Origin: Callorhinchus milii | Lineage: Eukaryota | Direction: 5' to 3' | Assembly (NCBI RefSeq): GCF_018977255.1 | Contig: NW_024704742.1 | Coordinates: 34,474,001 to 34,538,000 of the forward strand | DNA: 64,000 nt | In this document: positions 1-10,900 of the stretch, in pieces | How the letters are laid out: each line of letters starts with the position of its first letter | Position numbering within the stretch: position 1 is the stretch's first letter | Notes under the pieces: generated by a model | Seen by the model: only the letters and a program-made list of their open reading frames with translations | Databases searched by the model: none | What the model was told of the DNA's origin: nothing | Program-made: the position numbers and the translations under genes

Positions 1-2850
1 CATGGTCAGCATTGATGCCAGGTTAAAATGAAACTCATGAGGAAACACATCTGGATTTTATATCACAGGTGAGGTATAACCACAGTAAGTGAAGTTAGTC
101 CACACCATTCACTAAATCGAGCTCATTCATTCAATTGCAGAGAGCTGTTCTGATTCTTTCTCCAGTATGAGTAAATTTGTCATTGTGTGCTTATAATAAC
201 TCTCGTAAAATGTTCTGTTTATAATATAACTAATATTTTACTGCAGTTATTCATGAGCTCAGAATGACAAATTTACCCAAACAAAAGAGCCAGTACACAG
301 ACAAGTTAACTGCACGTAGAAAAAGATAGCAGGATGACTCCAATATTTACTTACCTTGTTTATTTGTAAAATTATTCTAAATAAAATAAAAATTCAAATA
401 GTAATTATGCAGATGTACAGGAGATTGACCTTGATATTGCTCTTAATATGGATGCCCATGAACCAGTGTTGGTTCACGGTTTTGACATTCGGCTGCTAGT
501 TAGAATGATTACCCCCTCTTGTCTCCCAACCCCAGCTCGGGTGTCAAGCCAGGACTGTCAAGAGCCTTGGGACATTCTCCTGACATGAAAGGCATTATAT
601 AGATGTACATTTGGATTGTGTTCTATTATTAAAATTAACAAAAAAAGATTAATTTTTATAAACCTTTGATTCCAGAAATCAATTGAGCAACTGGTTTCTT
701 GGACATTGACACTGAGATCAGTGTCTGAGACTCACAGGTAATTCCTATTTGATAACTGTAGAAATGTCTATGTGTAAACTACATGGTGTAACTAATAGAC
801 CCCATAGTGATACATTGCGAAGATCAGAACATTTCTTGACAAACAAAATCATATGTGTGCAGGACAAAGATTTGTGAATCAAGAAGAGAATCCCCCAAGC
901 CTCACAGAGGCCTGGCTGTGATGCCCCCATGGGTGAATTGCCTACCGAGGGCTGATACCCACTGTCCGGCTCACACATAAAGAATGAACATTTGAGCGAG
1001 GGAGGGGAGTTCCACCAGCAGTATGGCGTTCATGGACAGAGCGTGTAGGTCAGTACTTTCAGGAGAAGAGAGGTGTAACAGTTCAAAGACAAAATAACAG
1101 AATCATCATCAAATTCAGAGACAGCAAAATTCATAGTAAAATGCTGTTCAAAATGTAATTTTGTAATATTTGGTACATTCACCACATGTTTCGGTTCAGG
1201 CTGAAAATATATTCTCATCTGAAAATTGCAACAGAGAAAGGTAGTATTACAGTTATAATATTATTGAACTAATTTTATTCTGCAGGAGAAACATTATACC
1301 CTTGTGAATGGGAACAGACACTTGGTCTCCTTCACTTACAGCTAACAAATTCCAGATGTATGATGGGTTCCATATGTCAACTGGTAAACTGAACCTAAAT
1401 AAATGTGTCTAAGCTGAAAGGGCAGTTAATATTATCATCAGATATCAATTTTGTTAGAGATGCATAAACCTGCTGGTGCAAGAAGCTATGCAACCTATCC
1501 AGGATGTTTAACTTTATAGCACCCCTTGTCCTTTTGTGTTAATGGTGTAACTATCTCCTGTTGCAGGTTTTCACTAGCATAGATGGCGAAATCTGCTGGA
1601 ACAAGTCCTAGTGTATTTTTACTGCACTTAAAAAAAAGTAATGCACAAAATAATTCAGAAACGTGAACATTCTACTTTATTGGATTCATCATCTCATAAA
1701 TGTGTCAGCCTGGCTCGGTTGGTAACACTCTCACCTCTGATTCAGATGATGATGCTGACACTCCATTGCAACGCTGGGAGTGTGCTGCAAGGTTGGAGTT
1801 ACCGTCCTTCGCATGAGACAAGAAAAACGAGGTTCCGTCTGCCTGTCCAGGTGGACGTTAAAGCTCTCATAGCACTTTTTGAAAAGAGAAGGAAGTTTAT
1901 CCTGGTGTCCTGCCAACAATCCCCAATTAAAATTGCTCACCTTCGCCATGACTGCTTGTGGGATATTGCTGCACGCAAACCAGCTGCCACATTCGTCCAC
2001 AAAGTACACAATCCCATCACTTTACAGTATCCTCTGAAGCTCTTTGAAACATCTCAATTGATGTGATAAGGGGCTATATCAAATGCAAGGATTATTATAC
2101 ATTAGAAATTGCTTTTAGCATTAAAGCTCTTTTTATAGGTAATGGGATCACATTCAGAAGTGGCAAGGACATGATGGAAACCATTGTAACAAATGCATTA
2201 AATTGTTTGCAGCTTTCTTCTTTGCGATTTACTTCATAGATGTTTGTAATGTGTGCAAGTATGCTACTGTGTTCACTAAAGTAAATCCTGTCAAGCACTT
2301 TGACATGCTGTTGACATGAAAGGCTATGTTAAAAGCCTGAGTACTATGGCAGCAAGTATACATAGTAAAAAGCAGAGCAATGATACTGCAAGATCACAAG
2401 ATTGGTTTGGATAAAGAAGGCCCTTTGGCCCCATCTGATCTCATCCTTCCAAAACATACATCCTACCCACCCACTCAACTCCAACATAGCGTCAAGTTGT
2501 TTCTTAAATTAGTCAAATGCCCTTCCTAGCGATCTGTTCCATTTGTTAATTGCCCTCTGAGTATTGCCCGTGTCTGTGGAAAAAAACATAGCAGTGCAAG
2601 TGCGTCAATTTCTCATGGTCTTTGCAATCTTAAAATATAAGATCATGTAGAGTTTTGGAAAATTCCTAAATTCAGACTTTATTTGGAACCCACTTTTGTG
2701 GTGGTGCTAAACTAGCTTCCAGGTGGCTTCAGCAATTTTTATTTCTGATGGTAATAACTGTACATTTCAGCATCCTAACAATAATAGCAAGAAATATTTA
2801 GAAAGGTGCTAACAGGACAAACAACATAGGGGTTCATGATGCAATATTTG
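1..2850 (-). pseudogene. Highly degenerate, compact ENPEP-like tandem paralog (relics of exons 1-5, probably 7 and 9, and 10; runs off the left edge)
   Basis: 1110-1218 encodes MRIYFQPEPKHVVNVPNITKLHFEQHFTMNFAVSEFD, which aligns to exon 4 and has an intact acceptor. Collinear weaker relics: exon 1 (about 2100-2850), exon 2 (about 1495-1607), exon 3 (about 1340-1413), exon 5 (about 664-854), exon 10 (about 1-125). Confidence 0.75.
1701..2097 (+). mobile_element. Deu-domain-type SINE (SacSINE1/AmnSINE1-like)
   Basis: GTGTCAGCCTGGCTC head, central GGTGGACGTTAAAG core, L2-like tail. Related copies at about 3786, 8730, 15690, 31330, 34100, 44643, 47930(-), 49238 and 59340(-). Family name is from recalled similarity, not a search. 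Confidence 0.75.
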
Positions 2851-3240
2851 CAATGTGGAAATTGAGTAAAGTATTGGAGGGCCCCTGCCATGACCCACTT
2901 TGCCTAAGTAGGAGTGCAGATAACTGGGGCAAGACGTGTTTGTAAACCAAGCACAACATGATAAAAGGGTTACCTCGAAGTTCAAGCGATTGCAATTGAT
3001 ATAAGATCAGAAACTCTTCACGTAGCAACTAAAGCTGAATTTGAAGCCTCTTCGACCTAATTTGGTGAGGTGCCATTTGCCTGTTAAATTTAGATATCTA
3101 AGTCAATCTGAGATCCTTAAATGTAAAATTTCTTTGACGTTAACTGGTTCTGGTTCAGTCCCACTGTCTTATATTCCTGCTTTTTATTTATGTGAGTTGA
3201 AGACATAAGCATCCCAATGTTAATACTTGATTTTCCATTT
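2850..3240 (-). pseudogene. Decayed leucine-rich-repeat coding segment with LRRCT cap
   Basis: Frameshifted translation: TVGLNQNQLTS / NFTFKDLRL / LRYLNLTGKWHLTKL ... LQSLELRGNPF / SCCAWF ... PVICTP. This fits the LxxLxLxxNxL and NPFxCxC consensus. Confidence 0.6.
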
Positions 3241-3785
3241 CACAATTTGCTTTTGACTTATTGTGGTAACCTCCTTACTGCGGAGCAGTTCTGCTTTCTT
3301 CAGTCTCTGTACAATATCTCGTATTGTTTTTACATAGCACCCACTATTGTTAAAATAGCAAGGTATGTTCCATTGAAAACGCATGACAGACTTTGGGCTT
3401 CTTTCACTACAGTAAGGTTGGGAATGTTTGGCTCGCACTGAATTCTGCCAGGAGTAAATAGTAACCAGGCAGGATCAAAACACACTGCATTAACTTTTGC
3501 TGGTTCCTGTTTTACATGTGGAAACTTTGTAAATCTTTTGCACAGTAAATTTTGAAAACGCATATTTGTTTCACAGCAACTACACTAAGCTTATGTACTT
3601 AACTTCACTCTTAACTTCCTGCATTTATTGTTGCTCTGGTCAATTGTTATATTTATTTGCTACTCACAATTCTCTGTTCCATTTACTCACTTTTAATCTC
3701 ACACTAGATCACAGAAGATTTTGAAACATGTCTTCGAATCCATTGCTGAGGTCATTTATATTTGTGTTCCCTTTATTTTCATTTT

Positions 3786-4180
3786 GTGTCAGCCTGGCTC
3801 AGTAGAGCTTTCGTCTCTGATTCAGAAGGTTGTGGGTCCATGGCCCAGGTTGGAATTTGAAACCCATATTGAAACGGGGTGTGCTTCACTTCGGAGATGC
3901 CTTCTTCCGCTGAGATGTTAAACCAAGGACATTAAAGATTCCATTTTTCGTTAAGGGAAGGGATTTTTTTAATCAGTTTCCTGGCCAACAATCCCCCAAA
4001 TAAAATTGGTCACTCAGTTCATGGCTGTTTGTAGCACATTGTTGTATGCAAATCAGATGCTTGTTGCACCCACAAAATATACAGTCACTGCACTTTACAG
4101 TATATCCTGTGAAGCACTTTAAGATGACTCGGTGACTTGATAAGGCATTATATTAAATGCCAGCATTATTATTATTATTG
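3786..4180 (+). mobile_element. Deu-domain-type SINE
   Basis: Homologous to 1701-2097. Confidence 0.75.
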
Positions 4181-4704
4181 CTGATTGGTATAAGATTTCA
4201 TTCAGATAGTGCAGTCTATCTCTAGTTACTACCTTTCATATTTGAAGATAATCCTTATCCACACCTTACCCATTCTCTTTTTTTGTCTTTCAGACAGTTG
4301 GATTCTTCACTTATTTTCTCAACACTGTGTCCTACCCACATTATTCTCTTGTGCCTGACCTTATGTGCTGACCAGTAAATCTGAATTATACTGCATTTGT
4401 GCCCTGAGAACATCAGACACATTTTTCATTTCTCAACATTTGTGAACTATACCAGTAATAAATTTGTTCCAAAAAATACTTTATTTAAACATGTGGTGTA
4501 AATAAAATATGTCATGGCCAGCAGGGGAATGTAATAAATAACCCAGCCCATGAGATTGACTGGAACACCAGCCATGACTTCACCCTTCTTGAATTGTACA
4601 GGCAGCCTCTCTAATGTATATATTTATCATATCTCATTGACCAAATATGGAGAGGATATTTACTAAGAACAAAGAAGGTTCAGGGGTGACCTGATAGAGG
4701 TCTT

Positions 4705-6220
4705 AAGAGCAAAAGAATTTGCTAGGCGAAAGAAGACCAAGGTCCATCCAGTTTGCCTTCCCCCTTCCTGGAAGTCGCATGACACGTCGTGTCCCAAACT
4801 ATATACTGTATCCTGAGATATTATTTCCTAACAAAAATCTATCTAATTTTTCCTACATGCTCCCGCTTGGTGACGTCATCCGCAGACATGGGGTCAATTT
4901 CCACATGTATGCGAATGACACTCAACTCTACCTATCTGCCTCCACCCTGAACTCCAGGACTACTGGCGTCCTGACTGACTGCCTGTCCGACATTGTCCTG
5001 GACGAGGGCCAACTTTCTCTAACTCAACATCAGCAAGACCGAGGCCCTCCTGATTGGCTCGCCAGCGCCTCCCCACCTCAGACGCTGGCAGCGTCAGCTT
5101 CCACGGCTGCACACTTAACCTCACTAAGTCAATCAGGAACCCGGGTGTCTTGTTTGACCCTGAATTGTCCTTTCTCCCCCACATCTACGCCATGACCGGC
5201 ACTGCCTACCACCACCTCCACAACGTTGCCAGACTCCACCAGTGCCTCACCCCTCAGGCTGCCGAAACCTTCACACACGCATTTGTCACCTCAAGGCTTA
5301 ATTACGGGAACTCCTCCTCATTGGCCTTCCCAACTCTTCCCTTCACAAGCTGCAGATCATCCAAAACTCTGCAGCTCATGTACTCTCCCGCACCAGGCTC
5401 CGTGACCCCATCACTCCCACCCTCGCCCGACTCCACTGGCTCCCCATCCCCCAAAGGATCGAGTTCAAGATCCTCGTCCTCACCTTTAAGGCCATCCATG
5501 GCCTTGCCCCCTCCTACCTCGCTGACCTGCTGACTCCCTACCAACCTGCCCGCTCCCTCCGTTCAGCGGCCTGCTCCATGTCTCCCGCCTGACCATCGGT
5601 GGCCGGGCTTTCAACTTCTCTGCCCCACGGTCAGGAACTCCATCCCACGGCCCCTTCGTATCGCTTTCTCCCTTGCCTCCTTCAAGACCGGTCTCAAGAT
5701 CCTTCTCTTCGACCGTGTCTTTGGTCGCCCTCCCACCTCTCTGCCTTCCCTCACCCCTACACCACCCCTCCCCCATGCTAGGGTCCCGACATCTGACTGT
5801 TCAGCGCTTTGGGACGTCCTCCCGACATGAAAGGCGGTCTATAAATGTCATTTTGTTGTTGTTATTGTTCTTAACTGAATCAACACTTTCTGCTTCCACC
5901 ATCTTCCTAGAGAGCCTGTTCCATACATTTATTACTCGCTCACTGAAGTAGTGTATCCGCAGATTTGTTCCGAATTTAGCCTCCTACATTCTCAAGTCTC
6001 TGGTTCTCCTGTTCTGGACCAGATAAAACAGCTTAGCAGGTCTTCATTATCTAGTTCCTTTAGAATCTTAAAGACCTTAATCGTATCGCCCCTCAACCTT
6101 CTCTTCTCCAGTGTGAACAGGCTCAGTTTACCCAATCACTCGTAGTCCAGCACTCAATCATTTTGGTTGCCCGCCTCTATCCTCTCAATCGCTGCAATAT
6201 CTCTTTTATATTGCGGCAAC
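4705..6220 (-). mobile_element. CR1 LINE 3' fragment, split by the L2 at 4852-5868
   Basis: CR1 tail at about 4705-4850; sequence resumes at about 5870 with reverse-strand RGDTIKVFKILK-type C-terminal ORF2 sequence. Confidence 0.75.
4852..5868 (+). mobile_element. L2-clade LINE 3' fragment
   Basis: [41 protein letters not shown]-like segment; tail TGAAAGGCG..TATAAATG..(TTG)n. Confidence 0.9.
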
Positions 6221-6530
6221 CTTTACAATTCTCAGGGGTTTTAACAGAGTCAATAGGGAGAAATTATGTCCACTGTTTGGTGGGTCAGTCACCAGAGGAC
6301 ATCAATTTAAGATAGTTAGTAAATGACCAAGTGAGGAAACTAGGAGGATTTTTTTTCATGCACAGAGTAGTTGGGATATGGAATGCCTTTACTGGGAGTG
6401 ATAGTTGAGGCAAAATTCGTATCACAAGGGAGCTAAAAAGGATTAAATGGGAATGAAAGGATTACTCTTAAAAGAGTACAGACACGATGAGCCAAATGGC
6501 TTTCTTCTGTGAATTTCTATGGTTCTAAGA
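6221..6530 (+). mobile_element. CR1 LINE 3' fragment (continuation of the piece at about 4665-4704)
   Basis: RGDLIEV at 4682-4704 continues as ILRGFNRVNREKLCPL..SVTRGHQFKI after 6221. Confidence 0.7.
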
Positions 6531-7772
6531 CAACATTTTGTTTTGGTGATGGAGGAGGATGTAAGAGAATTTTCTACTTTATATAATAAAGACAATAGAT
6601 AGGGCATATTGTTAATATCTGTGCTGATGTGTGAGAAAATGTAAGATGTTCAAAGTATTAATCTGAGCAAAACTATTTTTTGTTTGTTTTTGTAATGCTT
6701 AAAACAGGCACATGATGGTTATGAGTAATAATAATAAGCCTTTGATAGAGCACCTTTCACTTCATTAAGATGTCTCAAAAGATTTACTGTGAAATAAAAT
6801 GACTGTGTTTGTAGGCGAAAATGTGGCAGCCCAATGTCCCACAAACAGCCATGTAAAGCAGCAAAGTAATTTATTTCCTATATTTCCAGTAACTTACATA
6901 TTACTTGCATCCTAGAAAATGTGTATGTAGGGCAAGACATTCTATCTGGTTCTAGACCTTGACTATTTTCTTAACATGTTGAACTGTGCAAATTTTGGCC
7001 AATTCTTAAATTCAGTCTTTACTTGGGAGTTGGTTTTCCATAACTCTTAAAAGAACCTGCAGAAAAAAAACTCAAAATGTGCATGCTATGAAATGGTAAG
7101 AAAATAGTCTAGTCTAGATGTGCAGAACTCGGTGGAATTTCTGGCCCATTGGCGGGAAATGTTCACACATAACCTGTGCATAACTTTGAAACATCTTGTA
7201 TAAAAAAAGACACAAATGCATACACAAACACAAAGCAGAAATAAATGTCAATCATTCATTATACAAATCTAAACCATTAGTATTCCAAAACAAAATGAGA
7301 TTAAAATCAAAACAGATTAAAATCATTCAAAGCTAATCAGAGGTATGCTCGGGAGCCTGTCAGATCTAAAATTTTAGTTGTACAACATATTCCCAGCAGA
7401 TGTTTTCAACTTGATTACAAAAAAAGGAATAAATTGATCAATTCCAGTCATATTGGCTGTGCATTATACACACCATCAATCATGCATAGCAGCAGTGTTG
7501 TGAAAACAGAAGGTGACTCATCATTTCCTATGCACACTGCGTTGGATTGTCTGGCTCATAAATAAGGCTTTCTTTGAAAAAATTGTCATTATCTGTGCCC
7601 CAGAACACTGAAACAAACAACAACAACAATAACAAAATTACATTTATAGAGCACCTTTCACGTCAGGAGGATGTCCCAAGGCACTGACACATACAAATTA
7701 ATTGGGATCCAGAAAAATGCTGATACTTTCTTATTACTTGATGTTCATAATTGTACTCCTATTCCACTACTG

Positions 7773-7922
7773 TTAGGCATTGACATTGTCCTGTAGCCAT
7801 TGCGCTATTGTGGCCTTGTTGTTTTTTAACCAGTTGATATTTGTCTCTACAGTTTCAAGTGCCTGTTTACGGGGTACCTTTCCTGCTCCAGCATCCGGGT
7901 ACTTGTAAAATAATTCGTTCAT
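7773..7922 (-). CDS. ENPEP: ENPEP exon 20 (terminal coding exon)
   Basis: [57 protein letters not shown]; 150 nt. Confidence 0.95.
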   Translation of the reverse strand: MNELFYKYPDAGAGKVPRKQALETVETNINWLKNNKATIAQWLQDNVNA

Positions 7923-10900
7923 CTGGAAAGGGATAACAGTAGATATATTGGAGTAATGAGGCAAGCAAGGTTAAATAATGGTAATCTACCAACAAAAAAG
8001 TTTTGGAGGGAATTCTGGTGCATACCTGCCATAATTGGAGTTCAGTGTTATATGAAGTTGTTATTCTTGGAATTAGTCTTCCCAGGTTTCTATCATTGAT
8101 GGTGAATCTGAAAATTAAACAGAATGTAATTTTAGTAACAACAATTTGCATTTATATAGTGCCTTTAATGTTGGGAGGCTATCTCGAAATGCTTCACACA
8201 ACTGACTGGGAGCCTAAGATGGGGGTGAGGGGAGTTAAGGAGTTGGGGTGGGGGTGGGCAAGAGATGAAAGGTGGAAAGGGAGGGTACAAGGTGGAGGGG
8301 CTCTTGGTTGGAGTTATAGGGAGCAGGGAGAGAATGGGCTGAAAGCTCATTCACTAACAGTGGGGCGGGTCAGGCCAGGATATGAAGCAGGCCTGTGATC
8401 ATTGAACAAATGGAGTGACCAGGATGATAGATGTCAGTTAAAGAAATACACCAGGATGCAATCAGGATATACCGATGATAGCCTTACCTGAAGACTTGAC
8501 TGTAATTGGCTGCTTATAATTAAAAACAATACAAAGTTATCAGCCTGATCAGGGCCATAATTGTCACCTCATTTCCTATTAATAGCACTGAAAGATCATG
8601 TAACTTTCCTGACTATTGATTCCAGCAAATCCTTCATCCTACACTTCCAGATGTTTATATCCAGCAACACCATTGGGCCAGTCCCAGTTACATAGAGGAA
8701 TAAAGATCCCACTGCTCTGCCCAAACAATCAGGTCCTTCGGATGAGATGTTAAACCGAGGTCCTGTCTGCCTGTTCAGGTGCACGTTAAAAAATCCCATG
8801 GCACGATTTGAAAAGAGAAGCAAGTTTCTCTCTCTCTCTGTCCTGGCCAATAAATCCCCCCAAATAAAAGTTAAAAATTAGTCACTCACTCCATGGCGGT
8901 GTGTGAGACACTGCCATGTGCAATTGGCTGCCGCGTTTCGCCCACAATATATACAGTCACTCCACTTTACAATATATTCTGTGAAGCGCTTTGGGAACAT
9001 CTCAACAACGTGATAATATGATAAATCAAATGCGAGGATTATTATTATAACAATCAGGTGGGTCCAATTTCTATTTCGTAATGAGATTCTTTAATAGGGA
9101 ATCAGTGTTACCAAATGGGGACTCATTCCAGTAACTGAAATTACAGCACACTGACGGCAGGAATTCTGCTTCAATGCAATATATTTATAGAGGAGAATTC
9201 ATAAGGAACAACAGGAATTATAATCTGATTCCTGATTAAGGAAGATTTCTGTTTTGAAACAACAGAAATTAGACCCAAATATATTTTAGTTCCTTCACTG
9301 GAGTGATCATTTCAACATTATGAGGAATCCCATAGCTCAGTGGTTAGAGCACTCACCTCGCAAGCGAGAGGACTTGGGTTCAATTCCAGACAGGGCGAAA
9401 TGTTGTTCCTTACTCAACATGCCTCTGTTTACCTAGCAGTAAGTAGGAACCTGGTTATTATTAATTGGTGGATCATTTTTCCGGGGGAAGTAATCCCTTC
9501 AAAAAACAATAAGGTTACTCAATCCACGATTGTTTGTGGGATACTTCTGTGTGCAATTGGCTGCCGCGTTTCACCCATAAAATATCCTATCAATTCACTT
9601 TACAGTATATTCTGAGACGTCTCAAAGACGTGATAAAGTGCTATATCAAATGCAAGGATTAGAATATATTATACACTTTACAGGACTTAACTCGGGAGTT
9701 TTGGTTAGTCTTGGTTTTCAAATACCATCTCTCCCTCCAACTTCCTTTGCTGTCAAAGTCTATCCAATTCCATACTACCTGTTTTCACTGCCTCCCTGAG
9801 CAAACTGTTCCACATGTTAACCCCCTTCTTCATAAAGTAGTTAAATCTAAATTGTCCATCCAACTTTCTCTTTTTTAGTTTAAGACAATGAACCCATTGT
9901 TATGGACCTCAGATTCGGGCTGACATTGATAGATGGTAAAACCATTTATATCTTTGTGAAATTACCTTTCCACCAAGTATTCCCAGTTCATTCGTGCCCA
10001 ATCAAAGGCCATTGTTTTCCCGTACTTGTTGAGTGAAATGTAACGGAGAACAGTGAACACGTCTTGACTTTTAATGAGACTTTCATTCTTGATATAGTTT
10101 AAGTATCTGCATGACAGAAAAAAACATGAACATTTTAACAAGTAAAGCAAACAGAATTATTTTTTTCCCCAGTGAGTTATTCTCGATAAAGAAATTCATA
10201 ATGTATTCTAGAAGCCTCATACATGTGATCAAAATTAATGGTATAAATATATTAACATATTGCTATTCCTTGTTTAAGGTATGTTGTTCAAATATGTGTC
10301 TCAAACAAACCCTCCTCTGCCAATTTCTAAAGCACGCAGATTTGGTTGAAACTGCTTGGATTTGTTATATTGAATTTCTGTTCTGTAGGCCTGTTATTTT
10401 CAACATGTGAGCAGATTTTCAGTGTGAGCAGCCACACAAGAGTATTGCTGTGGGTAAAACATGTTTCACATTTCTATGGATGTGATGTATGAATGAATGT
10501 GAGGCGGGGGAGTGGGGGCGGGAAGCGGGAGAAGTTATCAACTGAATTCAATCCTGTTCTGAACTGTTGTCCAGACACTGTACATTCCAACAGGGAATGG
10601 GAGTCTTGTCCAGTTTTACTTTCCTAGTTTGAGTGCACTGAAGTACTCTGAAGTACACAGAAGGCATGCCAGCCTGGCTCAGTGATAGCATGCTCGTTTC
10701 TGAATCACAAATTTGTTGGTTCGTAACAAATATACAATCATTCCACTGTAAATCCTGTGAAGCACTATGGGTCATCCTCCCGACAAAACACGCTATACCA
10801 ATTATTATCATTATTAGATACAGCTCTCCTGTTTTCTGCCTGAAATCAGCTATCTCAGCATAGGCCAGACATCAAACCTGGGACTTACCCAGAACATGCC

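Noticed and set aside
6870..6875. AATAAA on the minus strand as the ENPEP poly(A) signal
   Set aside because: It is the nearest canonical hexamer I found, but it lies in a SINE remnant in AT-rich DNA and cannot be supported without 3'-end data.
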